This document shows, piece after piece, positions 1-7,523 of a DNA stretch of 64,000 nt; position 1 is the stretch's first letter, and each line of letters starts with the position of its first letter. The stretch is from a virus. The translations under genes were made by a program, and so were the position numbers. Below the pieces are notes generated by a model. That model saw only the letters and a list, made by a program, of their open reading frames with translations. It did not search any database and was not told where the DNA came from. The stretch is taken from positions 10,218 to 74,217 of the IMG/VR virus record IMGVR_UViG_3300022890_000019, one strand, 5' to 3'.

Positions 1-261
1 AAGGTAGTACCCTTTTCAGGAAAGAAGTTTAAAGATGTCTTTGAAATAAAAGATGTAGAAAATAGATCTGCTATTTTGTTTCATCCTGCTAATCATGTTC
101 ATGAACTCCTAGGATGTATTGCTATCGGAGATAAGGTAACACATAAGCCTGATGGCGAATATTCTGTATGGAATAGTAGGAATGCAATGGATAAACTCAA
201 GAAGCTTGTTAATAACTACCGTAAGATTACTGGTAGATCTGTATATTTAGAAATTGTATAA
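1..261 (+). CDS. DUF5675-family L,D-transpeptidase/carboxypeptidase-like protein, 5' truncated by the window edge
   Basis: Frame is open from base 1: ...EIKDVENRSAILFHPANHVHELLGCIAIG...SRNAMDKL, matching the V-x-x-R-S-x-I-L-x-H-x-x-N...GCI pattern of this family. Confidence 0.7.
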   Translation, partial: KVVPFSGKKFKDVFEIKDVENRSAILFHPANHVHELLGCIAIGDKVTHKPDGEYSVWNSRNAMDKLKKLVNNYRKITGRSVYLEIV

Positions 262-272
262 ACATTTAAACT

Positions 273-608
273 ATGAAAAAACTAATTGTAATATGTGTAA
301 TAGCACTTATTGTATTCTCCTGCAAAAAAGCAGATGATGATAATATCCAACCTAAAGCCTATTTTACCTGTCCCTCTGAAGCAGTTGTAGGACATAAAGT
401 AATGTTTAATGCTAGTGAATCTATTGACGAAAGTGGAGAGATTATAAGATACTCCTGGAACTTCGGTGATGGTACAACACAGGACATTATTATAAGCCAG
501 ATAGGATATATCTATTCTGAAACTGGAATATATTATGTAGAGCTTCGTGTATTTGATGTTAAGAATTGGAGTTCATCTTATTCTAAATATATAATAATAA
601 GAAAATGA
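273..608 (+). CDS. PKD-domain lipoprotein
   Basis: Signal peptide with lipobox VFS-C followed by KKADDD. PKD signature F-x-A-S-x-S-x-D...Y-S-W-N-F-G-D-G...Y-x-x-x-G-x-Y-x-V-x-L-x-V-x-D. Confidence 0.85.
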   Translation: MKKLIVICVIALIVFSCKKADDDNIQPKAYFTCPSEAVVGHKVMFNASESIDESGEIIRYSWNFGDGTTQDIIISQIGYIYSETGIYYVELRVFDVKNWSSSYSKYIIIRK

Positions 609-736
609 TAACTAATCTATATTTACAGTTACTTGTCTGTTTAGCCTTTATGTTTTATGGAGTAATACTTGGAATGGCAATACCTGAACATTGGTATACA
701 GAATATAAAAATAAGAAAGGAAAGAATAATGAGTAA
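605..736 (+). CDS. small single-TM membrane protein (43 aa, not in ORF track)
   Basis: ATGA overlap with the upstream stop. Translates as MITNLYLQLLVCLAFMFYGVILGMAIPEHWYTEYKNKKGKNNE; its stop overlaps the next start. Confidence 0.55.
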   Translation: MITNLYLQLLVCLAFMFYGVILGMAIPEHWYTEYKNKKGKNNE

Positions 737-1328
737 AATAAAAGAACTATTCAACGAGGATAACACCTCTATAAAAAAAGCAATAGAATCCATTGACGCG
801 AAGATGTTGAAGTATCAAATAACTAATAAGTTTGATACTATCTTCGACTTGATTGGTGAGGATTTAAGAGACATTGAAATACTTGAATCGTTATCCCAAT
901 CAATAAATGAGGATGGTGATAAAGTTTTATCTTTCGATGCAGATAAAGGTAAAATATCTATTATTATTGATAAGGAAGGTAAGGATGTACATATGTCATT
1001 TGTGGGTGATAAAGGTAATGGGTATAATCATATTCAAATTTATCCTCAGCTATCCCACCCCACAGAAGGTGATATTACCTATAAATGCTGTAGGTGTAAT
1101 TATACATGGACACATGAAGATGATGCTTGTCCTCAATGTGGTTGTAAGGAAGTTACTGATATTAAAGTTAGGTTATCCCAACCAATTACCGATAGACAGG
1201 TAATAGATGAGGCATATAGTTTGTATCCAATGATTTATACAGATACAGAAGAGAGTACTAGAATGAAAATATTACGAGATAGTTTTATAATAGGTGCTAA
1301 ATGGCTAAGAGAGAAAGGAAACAAATAA
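729..1328 (+). CDS. modular hypothetical protein with an internal Zn-ribbon (CCRC...CPQC) and C-terminal F-x-x-GAKW module
   Basis: ATG at 729 follows AGAAAGGA and is preferred over TTG 669. Segments are separated by LSQS, LSHP and LSQP linkers. Confidence 0.6.
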   Translation: MSKIKELFNEDNTSIKKAIESIDAKMLKYQITNKFDTIFDLIGEDLRDIEILESLSQSINEDGDKVLSFDADKGKISIIIDKEGKDVHMSFVGDKGNGYNHIQIYPQLSHPTEGDITYKCCRCNYTWTHEDDACPQCGCKEVTDIKVRLSQPITDRQVIDEAYSLYPMIYTDTEESTRMKILRDSFIIGAKWLREKGNK

Positions 1329-1331
1329 ATT

Positions 1332-1907
1332 ATGAAAACAATAATATTGAACAATGAAAATTATACCTATAGTTCTAAAAAGGAATTATTAGCTATAATT
1401 GAAAAGTATCCTAATATTAATTTTTTAGGTAGATATGAAATAGGTGACTATTTCACAGCTGGTGACAATTTCACAGCTGGTGACAATTTCACAGCTGGTG
1501 ATAGTTTCAAAGCTGGTTACAATTTCAAAGCTGGTGACAATTTCACAGCTGGTTACAATTTCACAGCTGGTGACAATTTCACAGCTGGTGACTATTTCAA
1601 AGCTGGTGACAATTTCACAGCTGGTGATAGTTTCAAAGCTGGTTACAATTTCAAAGCTGGTGACGGTTTCAAAATAAAAAATCACATAATAATCCCTAAT
1701 ACATACAAGTATATTGCTCGTTGTTATTATGAAGAAAACAGTAAGCAATGGTATGTCCAATTAGGATGTTTTTTAAGAACATTATCAGAATGGGAGAATG
1801 ATTTTTGGAATAATAAAAATGAATTTCCTAATGATAAGAATAAAAACTCAACTAAAAGGCTCCGGGTATATAATCTATTAAAAGTAATTATTCTGGAACT
1901 GGATTAA
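1332..1907 (+). CDS. hexapeptide-repeat (beta-helix-like) protein with C-terminal QLGCF...W...FW domain
   Basis: 13 copies of G(D/Y)(N/Y/S/G)F(T/K)A. Confidence 0.8.
   Translation: MKTIILNNENYTYSSKKELLAIIEKYPNINFLGRYEIGDYFTAGDNFTAGDNFTAGDSFKAGYNFKAGDNFTAGYNFTAGDNFTAGDYFKAGDNFTAGDSFKAGYNFKAGDGFKIKNHIIIPNTYKYIARCYYEENSKQWYVQLGCFLRTLSEWENDFWNNKNEFPNDKNKNSTKRLRVYNLLKVIILELD
1443..1676 (+). repeat. 18-bp coding tandem repeat, 13 units
   Basis: Consensus GGTGACAATTTCACAGCT, directly visible. Confidence 0.97.
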
Positions 1908-1928
1908 ATTAATAAAGAAAGGAAACAA

Positions 1929-2405
1929 ATGAAAAAAGAAATAAAAGAAATGGTATTGAAAATAGTAGATGACTGTTTTTATATATTTGCAAGTGGTTAT
2001 AGGGAAGAAGCAGAAAATAATGCAAGGATTGTATTTGAAGAGTTATATCCTCAGTTATCCCAACCAAATAGAATAAACACAAGAGAAGAAATAATAGAAG
2101 CACTCTCATTTGAATTTCAAGAAAAATATAACAGAAGTCCTTTTATCCAAGAGATAGAAGATGATGAGTGTTATTGTGATTCTTACGTTGTGTTCTTACA
2201 TGATAAATTATCTAACCAACCAGTAAGCGATGAATGGATTCATTTTAAAACACAATTACCAACTCCAAAAGATCTGCCTTTTATCACCGAAGACTTTGAT
2301 AAATTTTTCGAAGTATGGAAAGATTCGGATTATTTTGATAAACTAACAGATAACGACAGGGATTTATTTGTAAAATGGAAACCTATTAACCCACCTATTA
2401 ATTAA
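1929..2405 (+). CDS. modular hypothetical protein with a DUF551-like C-terminal module
   Basis: Ends EWIHFKTQLP...KWKPINPP. Contains internal LSQP and LSNQP linkers. Confidence 0.6.
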   Translation: MKKEIKEMVLKIVDDCFYIFASGYREEAENNARIVFEELYPQLSQPNRINTREEIIEALSFEFQEKYNRSPFIQEIEDDECYCDSYVVFLHDKLSNQPVSDEWIHFKTQLPTPKDLPFITEDFDKFFEVWKDSDYFDKLTDNDRDLFVKWKPINPPIN

Positions 2406-2421
2406 GAGAGAAAGGAAACAA

Positions 2422-2997
2422 ATGAAAGTAATATGGAAAAAACTAAATTACAAGTCAGATAAAGAAACTGTATCAATTTATTGGGATGATAAATCTATCA
2501 ATTATCATTACAATTTTATTGAAAAAAGTATAGCAGAAAGCATAAGTAAATGCGAAACTATGTTAGATATTGGTGCTGGATATGGACATTGGGTAAAATT
2601 TTATCAAAACTCCTACAAAGCAAAAGTAGAAGCAATAGAACCAGGATTAAACGAATACAATATAAAAAAATATAGGGGTTTTATTCAAGACATTACAACA
2701 GGGAAAAAGTATGATGTTATTAATGCAATAGGAGTATTACATCACATCAAAAAAGACAAAGACCTTGTAAAAGCGTTGAGTAATATTGAATCAATGATGC
2801 ACTCTGAAAGCATGTTGGTAATTGGTACAAGATTTGATTTTTTGACAGTGCCAAAAGAGTTAAACAGAAAATATAGGACACATCCACAATGGAAGGAATT
2901 ACTTAAAAACTTTGATATAATTAAAGTCAAAAGAAGTAACCCACCATTTGAATGCAGAAAGCATTTAGATGTAATTATTTGTAAGAAGAAAGGATAA
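2422..2997 (+). CDS. class I SAM-dependent methyltransferase
   Basis: MLDIGAGYG motif I, VEAIEP, KYDVINAIGVLHHI. Confidence 0.85.
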   Translation: MKVIWKKLNYKSDKETVSIYWDDKSINYHYNFIEKSIAESISKCETMLDIGAGYGHWVKFYQNSYKAKVEAIEPGLNEYNIKKYRGFIQDITTGKKYDVINAIGVLHHIKKDKDLVKALSNIESMMHSESMLVIGTRFDFLTVPKELNRKYRTHPQWKELLKNFDIIKVKRSNPPFECRKHLDVIICKKKG

Positions 2998-3000
2998 ACA

Positions 3001-3288
3001 ATGATATACATATACTATCTACCAAAAGAATTTACTAAAGATATCGAGTTACCCTGCCATAGAGATAATAATAACTTTGAAGATCAGATGTTAGAGCATC
3101 CAAAGACTAAAAGATATTCTCTATATAGCTTTGAAAAACTGTTTAACAAGGATAAGGTTAATGATGGATGGTTAGTTTTTAAAGATGTACCTGCTGAAGA
3201 GTTAGCTAATGAACTAGTAGAAAGGTATAAGATAAACAAAAGACCTGATCCTCAATATACATTTTATGAAAAGCCAAAAGATGAATGA
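3001..3288 (+). CDS. hypothetical protein
   Basis: Tightly packed ORF on the coding strand. Confidence 0.6.
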   Translation: MIYIYYLPKEFTKDIELPCHRDNNNFEDQMLEHPKTKRYSLYSFEKLFNKDKVNDGWLVFKDVPAEELANELVERYKINKRPDPQYTFYEKPKDE

Positions 3289-3357
3289 ATACGAAATCCA
3301 ATACTATTTAGAATGTAAGAATGATACTTGGAAAGAGTATAGAGATAATCAAAAATT

Positions 3358-3600
3358 ATGAATTATAACAAAACAGATAAAGACGGAGTTAATTTTTCTA
3401 TCTATTCGGAATTAGATGGATTATTCCAAATGGAGATAGAAGATGGGAAAAAGTCGGCTGTTGTATTTTTGACATACAATGATATGATAGATTTAATGAG
3501 ATGGTTTAAATATTCTCAGCATACTGAAATGGCAGATATTTATAAATTAATAGATTTACCAAAAGATATATGGAATGTAATTAAAAATAAAGACAAATGA
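3358..3600 (+). CDS. hypothetical protein
   Basis: ATGA-coupled to the next gene. Confidence 0.6.
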   Translation: MNYNKTDKDGVNFSIYSELDGLFQMEIEDGKKSAVVFLTYNDMIDLMRWFKYSQHTEMADIYKLIDLPKDIWNVIKNKDK

Positions 3601-4118
3601 AGACCTGTAGTGTAATAGGATGTAATAACCCTTCATTTGGGAAAGATAAGAGTACAGGTGAACCATTCTGTCGGTTTCATCAATATCTTCGTACAGACCT
3701 ATCTAAACCTAAAAACTATTCTAAGCCTATTCCTAAGAAACGATTCAACGCTAAGTTCGATTATGATACGTCATATGGGTATGATAGTGAGACGATCATG
3801 TATAAAAAGGTATGGAGTACCCAAAAGGGGTTATCGTTTGTCTCAGGGCTTGAAATCAATGCATATGATAAAGAGACCTGTAAGTGTTTTGCTCATGTGT
3901 TAGAGAAAGCTATTAACAAGTTCCCTCACTTTAGGTTTAACCTAGAAAACATAGTACTGTTAACATGGGATGAACATCATCTTTGGGATCAAGGTAGTGA
4001 AGACAGTCGTAAAAGGTATGCTGAGAAGATGGCTAAAGAAGGCATCATAGTAGACTGGAATAAGCTTAAATTACTTCAAGGAAAATTAATAATAATTTAT
4101 AAAGAAAAATACAAATGA
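3597..4118 (+). CDS. HNH-like nuclease with N-terminal C3H zinc finger
   Basis: CSVIGC...FCRFH at the N-terminus. FAHVLEK...FPHFRFNLENIVLLTWDEHHLWD is a beta-beta-alpha-Me-like motif. Confidence 0.6.
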   Translation: MKTCSVIGCNNPSFGKDKSTGEPFCRFHQYLRTDLSKPKNYSKPIPKKRFNAKFDYDTSYGYDSETIMYKKVWSTQKGLSFVSGLEINAYDKETCKCFAHVLEKAINKFPHFRFNLENIVLLTWDEHHLWDQGSEDSRKRYAEKMAKEGIIVDWNKLKLLQGKLIIIYKEKYK

Positions 4119-4465
4119 AAATAAAAGATATTGTTGCCTGGTTAGGAAAAACTGATGAGTTTAATAAGAAGCTCAGTAATCGAATCGATGAACATGGTAA
4201 AAGGATTCATGATCTTGAATTTAGTGAAAATAAGGAAGCTAAAAAAAATGGTTCTGATATCTATGATTTAAAAAGTAGACTAAAGTCTCGTATAAACAAA
4301 GAAATTCTATTAGAACAACAAGTAGAAAGATTACTAGAAAGTGATCAGATATTGCGTGATAAGATTGTAGAACTGGAAAAGTCAAAACATCACTTTGAAC
4401 TACTACTTGAATATCTAGATCTAGAAATTAAAGATCAACCTTGTAAAAAAATAGCAAAGAAATGA
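4115..4465 (+). CDS. coiled-coil hypothetical protein
   Basis: Heptad-rich, ATGA overlaps on both sides. Confidence 0.6.
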   Translation: MKIKDIVAWLGKTDEFNKKLSNRIDEHGKRIHDLEFSENKEAKKNGSDIYDLKSRLKSRINKEILLEQQVERLLESDQILRDKIVELEKSKHHFELLLEYLDLEIKDQPCKKIAKK

Positions 4466-5190
4466 ATAAATCACAATTTCCTTGGCAGGGATATAATTGG
4501 AACTGTGGAGACATAGGATGGGATATCATACATCCACAAAAAGCATACTGCTGGCATGATAAGTCTTGTGTCCTCTTAAAAGAAGACTGGATATACCTAC
4601 ATGCTAGAGAGAATCTTAAACATTTTGATCTATGGAGTGAAAAGCATGGTGTATACTACCGTGGAGATAGCCCTGTAGGGGTTGGATGGATACAGTCTTT
4701 TAACACCTTTACCTATGGATACTTTGAAGTAGAATGTATCCTACCTACCGGTGATAATATGTGGCCTGCTATCTGGCTTACCGGTGCAGACTCCTGGCCT
4801 CCTGAAATAGACATCATGGAAGGCTATAGTAACAAGAGAGGATCATACTGGAACTGGATACCCTTCTGGGATGTAAATACTAATATGCACTTTAAGAATC
4901 CGGATCAGGAGAAGACAAGTATAAAAGCTAAGTCCCACTGGATAAGATGTGGTAGACCTAATGAGAACTTCCATACCTATGCTATTGACTGGCAGAAGGA
5001 TTATGTAAGGTTTTACTATGATCATAAGCTTAGAAGAGAGATCGTTGATCCTAGTGTACTACAGACCTTTGTTAATGCTAGAATGAAGGTTATTATTAAC
5101 AATCATATTAACTCTGGTACCAATACAGCAGACTTCCAAGAAGTAGATCCTATGATAGTAACTTATTTTAAATACAGAGAACAGAAATGA
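4462..5190 (+). CDS. glycoside hydrolase family 16 (laminarinase/beta-glucanase-like)
   Basis: FTYGYFE, WPAIWL, catalytic WPPEIDIMEG (E-x-D-x-x-E), FHTYAIDW, VRFYYD. Confidence 0.92.
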   Translation: MNKSQFPWQGYNWNCGDIGWDIIHPQKAYCWHDKSCVLLKEDWIYLHARENLKHFDLWSEKHGVYYRGDSPVGVGWIQSFNTFTYGYFEVECILPTGDNMWPAIWLTGADSWPPEIDIMEGYSNKRGSYWNWIPFWDVNTNMHFKNPDQEKTSIKAKSHWIRCGRPNENFHTYAIDWQKDYVRFYYDHKLRREIVDPSVLQTFVNARMKVIINNHINSGTNTADFQEVDPMIVTYFKYREQK

Positions 5191-5450
5191 CATTGATACC
5201 TATCCTTATACCAAATAAGATAGTGATCGCTTCGCTAGACGGCTTTGCAGTCAACGGTGGACATTTTACTATATACTCAGAAGATGAACATACCGGAGAT
5301 GATATGAAGATGGCTAAGAGAGTATTACGCCAGGAGCATGATATTGCCAGTGTATGCGTCATCCCAATGAAACCTCACCAGAAAGAAGTATACAGAACAA
5401 TTCAACAAGACATTAAACGCTTTGAACAAACACATGGAGTAATATTATGA
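5187..5450 (+). CDS. hypothetical protein
   Basis: ATGA-coupled ORF. Confidence 0.55.
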   Translation: MTLIPILIPNKIVIASLDGFAVNGGHFTIYSEDEHTGDDMKMAKRVLRQEHDIASVCVIPMKPHQKEVYRTIQQDIKRFEQTHGVIL

Positions 5451-5650
5451 GTAGGAAAACGAGATTTAGGACTAGGATACAAGTAGAATTAAGATCTTTT
5501 AAGCTAGTTAACTATGATATTGAAGATACTACAGACTATATCATAAAGATTTTTGATAATAATAAATACTATTTTCACTGGCATAGCTTCATGTGGGGAG
5601 TTATAATAGGCACAGCATTAATGGCAATAGGAACACAAGTAAATTTATAA
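5447..5650 (+). CDS. small protein with C-terminal TM helix
   Basis: SFMWGVIIGTALMAIG hydrophobic segment. Confidence 0.55.
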   Translation: MSRKTRFRTRIQVELRSFKLVNYDIEDTTDYIIKIFDNNKYYFHWHSFMWGVIIGTALMAIGTQVNL

Positions 5651-5652
5651 CT

Positions 5653-5874
5653 ATGAAAACAAAACAAATAACGAACAGTAGCACTATCCAAGAGATAGGC
5701 TATGATGAAGAGACTAAGACCTTATACATTATCTTTAAGGGTAGTGGTAAATATCTTTACTATGATGTACCTAAAGAGGTATGGGAGGCAATGGTAAAGG
5801 CAAAGTCTACAGGAAAGTTCTTTTACAGAGAGATTAAAGGAGGTTATGAATATGATAGGGAGAAAAAGAAATGA
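5653..5874 (+). CDS. KTSC domain protein
   Basis: SSTIQEIGYD...TLYIIFKGSGKYLYYDVP...AKSTGKFFYREIKG is the canonical KTSC pattern. Start reassigned to ATG 5653. Confidence 0.9.
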   Translation: MKTKQITNSSTIQEIGYDEETKTLYIIFKGSGKYLYYDVPKEVWEAMVKAKSTGKFFYREIKGGYEYDREKKK

Positions 5875-6098
5875 GTAACCGAAAAGCAAATGAGACAGCA
5901 AAATTTACTTTAAAAGAAAATGGTTTTTATACAGGTAATCTATGGAGTATTGAAGATGTAATGAATAAGTTTACCTGTAGCGATGATGAAGCTCAGAAGA
6001 TCCTTAATAATGTAATGACTAATGAGACTTTGATGATATCAATTAATGAAATGATCTTAAAAGAAGGAGAAGAAATAGGATTAATAAAAAAAGAATAA
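5871..6098 (+). CDS. hypothetical protein
   Basis: Overlapping start; contains LWSIEDV...CSDDEAQKIL. Confidence 0.6.
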   Translation: MSNRKANETAKFTLKENGFYTGNLWSIEDVMNKFTCSDDEAQKILNNVMTNETLMISINEMILKEGEEIGLIKKE

Positions 6099-6100
6099 TA

Positions 6101-6271
6101 GTGTGTAAAACTTATATCTTCAGATGGGGTAATAATCCTAAGAGAAAAACACTAAAAGGTAGAGAGTGTATTATCCTTGCAGTAGGTAAGAAAGCTAGTG
6201 TGCTCGTTAAGTTTACTGATAATAACCAAAAGGAAATAGTAAGTAGAAGAGCCTTACACGGAGTTAAATAA
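6101..6271 (+). CDS. small basic phage protein (56 aa, GTG start, not in ORF track)
   Basis: MCKTYIFRWGNNPKRKTLKGRECIILAVGKKASVLVKFTDNNQKEIVSRRALHGVK; starts 2 nt after the previous stop and has an SH3-like strand pattern. Confidence 0.65.
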   Translation: MCKTYIFRWGNNPKRKTLKGRECIILAVGKKASVLVKFTDNNQKEIVSRRALHGVK

Positions 6272-6280
6272 TCTTTTAAC

Positions 6281-6312
6281 TTGACTTTTGGAAGGATATT
6301 TACTTATCTTTG
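6281..6312 (+). promoter_or_regulatory. Bacteroidota primary-sigma promoter (-33 TTG, -7 TAnnTTTG)
   Basis: TTG(6281)-N21-TATCTTTG(6305-6312) in an intergenic position. Confidence 0.75.
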
Positions 6313-6339
6313 TGCATGTCTATTACATCAATACAAAAA

Positions 6340-6805
6340 TATTTGTGGGGAAGTTTCCCTAAAACAAAAAGTTCTTTAATGTGGTGTACTAGGCATATTT
6401 CACATAGGGAACTTCCAACACCACAACTTTTCAATTTTCATATTACGCTAATACATTATAGTCCTCCATAATAAGAGGGCTATTTTTGTTAGTGGTGATA
6501 GCAATTCAAATACCATAATGATCACGTTAACCATGTACGACCAGATGAAAAGGTCAGTGGTTTGAGGCTTATGAGCTATGCTAAAATGAAGATGCATAGC
6601 CACGTTGATAGAGGAGATATAAGCTTGGGGTACACTGGATGCACTATATCGAGAAGTATAGCCTTACATAAAGCATCAAAAGGGGATGACGCTAGTTGCA
6701 ATCGACAGAAGGGATTCTGAGGATATTATTTTCAACCTCTGCTTTTGTAGGGGTTGGGGATTCTACATAGGTTACTTCTCTCTTAAAGGGATGTAGAGGA
6801 GTAAG
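6340..6805 (+). ncRNA. candidate structured leader or non-coding RNA
   Basis: Longest ORF-poor stretch in the window, with many inverted repeats: GGAAGTTTCCCTA/TAGGGAACTTCC, GCTATGC/GCATAGC, GGCTTAT/ATAAGCT, TTACTTCTC/GAGGAGTAA and others. Confidence 0.5.
6458..6490 (+). terminator. intrinsic terminator / attenuator-like hairpin
   Basis: ATAGTCCTC (6458-6466) pairs with GAGGGCTAT (6475-6483), followed by TTTTGTT. Confidence 0.6.
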
Positions 6806-6833
6806 AAATTAATTTAACTTTAAACTAATTATT

Positions 6834-7523
6834 ATGTCACTCAATAAACAAAAAGGTAATATGTATGACTTTATAACGCATACATGGAACACAGTAAAGG
6901 GTAAATGTCCACATGATTGTAGCTACTGTTATATGAAACGATGGAAAAATCAAAAATCAGTTAGATTTGATGAAAAAGAACTAAAAACAGATTTAGGTAA
7001 TGGTAATTTTATATTTGTTGGAAGTAGTTGTGATTTATTTGCAAATGATATACCTAAAAAATGGATTTTAAAGACATTATACCATTGTTATCAGTATGAT
7101 AATAAATATCTATTTCAGACGAAAAATCCAGAAAGAATTCTACAATGGAAACATATTCCAATATTTGAAAAATCAGTTATCTGTACCACATTAGAAAGTG
7201 ACTCTTATTATCCTGAAATAATGAAAGCCTCACCTGAACCAATGCAACGTAGTATAGCAATGCAAGAGATAAGTTTATTTGTTGATACTTATGTTACTAT
7301 CGAACCTATAATGGAATTTCATTTAGAGCATTTTATTAAGATGATTAAACGTTGTAATCCAAAACAGGTAAATATTGGAGCAGACAGTGGTGGTAGTAAC
7401 TTACCAGAACCTTCCAAAGAAAAAATTCTTTCTCTTATTAAAGGATTAGAAGAATTTACAATAGTACATCAGAAACCTAACCTTAAACGATTAATACCAT
7501 TGGTAAAAGATGGATCTATTTAG
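6834..7523 (+). CDS. radical SAM protein, DUF5131 (phage Gp37/Gp68-like) family
   Basis: TWNTVKGKCPHDCSYCY (CxxxCxxC), IFVGSSCDLF, FQTKNP, TIEPI, IGADSG. Confidence 0.85.
   Translation: MSLNKQKGNMYDFITHTWNTVKGKCPHDCSYCYMKRWKNQKSVRFDEKELKTDLGNGNFIFVGSSCDLFANDIPKKWILKTLYHCYQYDNKYLFQTKNPERILQWKHIPIFEKSVICTTLESDSYYPEIMKASPEPMQRSIAMQEISLFVDTYVTIEPIMEFHLEHFIKMIKRCNPKQVNIGADSGGSNLPEPSKEKILSLIKGLEEFTIVHQKPNLKRLIPLVKDGSI

Larger units (their letters stand above)
891..2222 (+). repeat. dispersed in-frame linker repeat TTATCCCAACCA (LSQP-like), 5 copies in two ORFs
   Basis: Copies at 891, 1041-1057, 1172-1185, 2046-2067 and 2208. GTTATCCCAACCAA is identical at 1172-1185 and 2054-2067. TATCCTCAG(C/T)TATCCCA is shared by 1041 and 2046. 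Confidence 0.8.
714..3003 (+). repeat. dispersed gene-junction repeat AGAAAGGAAACAAAT (5 copies, 2 degenerate)
   Basis: TAAGAGAGAAAGGAAACAAAT is identical at 1306-1326 and 2403-2423. AGAAAGGAAACAAATGAAA occurs at 1916-1934 and 2409-2427. Degenerate copies lie at 714-731 and 2987-3003. Each copy sits at or just before a start codon. Confidence 0.85.

Noticed and set aside
1425-1760. Alternative-frame and antisense repeat ORFs (1444-1677 +, 1425-1760 -)
   Set aside because: They are open only because the 18-bp repeat lacks stops in those frames.
1332-1907. Complete diversity-generating retroelement
   Set aside because: No reverse transcriptase and no separate template/variable repeat pair found in the window. 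Only the substitution pattern is suggestive.
714-3003. CRISPR array interpretation of the dispersed 19-21 nt repeats
   Set aside because: Copies are about 500-600 bp apart, separated by whole genes, and non-palindromic; no cas genes are present.
6316-6833. tRNA, tmRNA or group I intron in the non-coding gap
   Set aside because: No T-loop GTTC motif with cloverleaf, tag reading frame or recognisable P7 core was found by eye, and no interrupted gene flanks it. Kept only as an unclassified structured RNA candidate.
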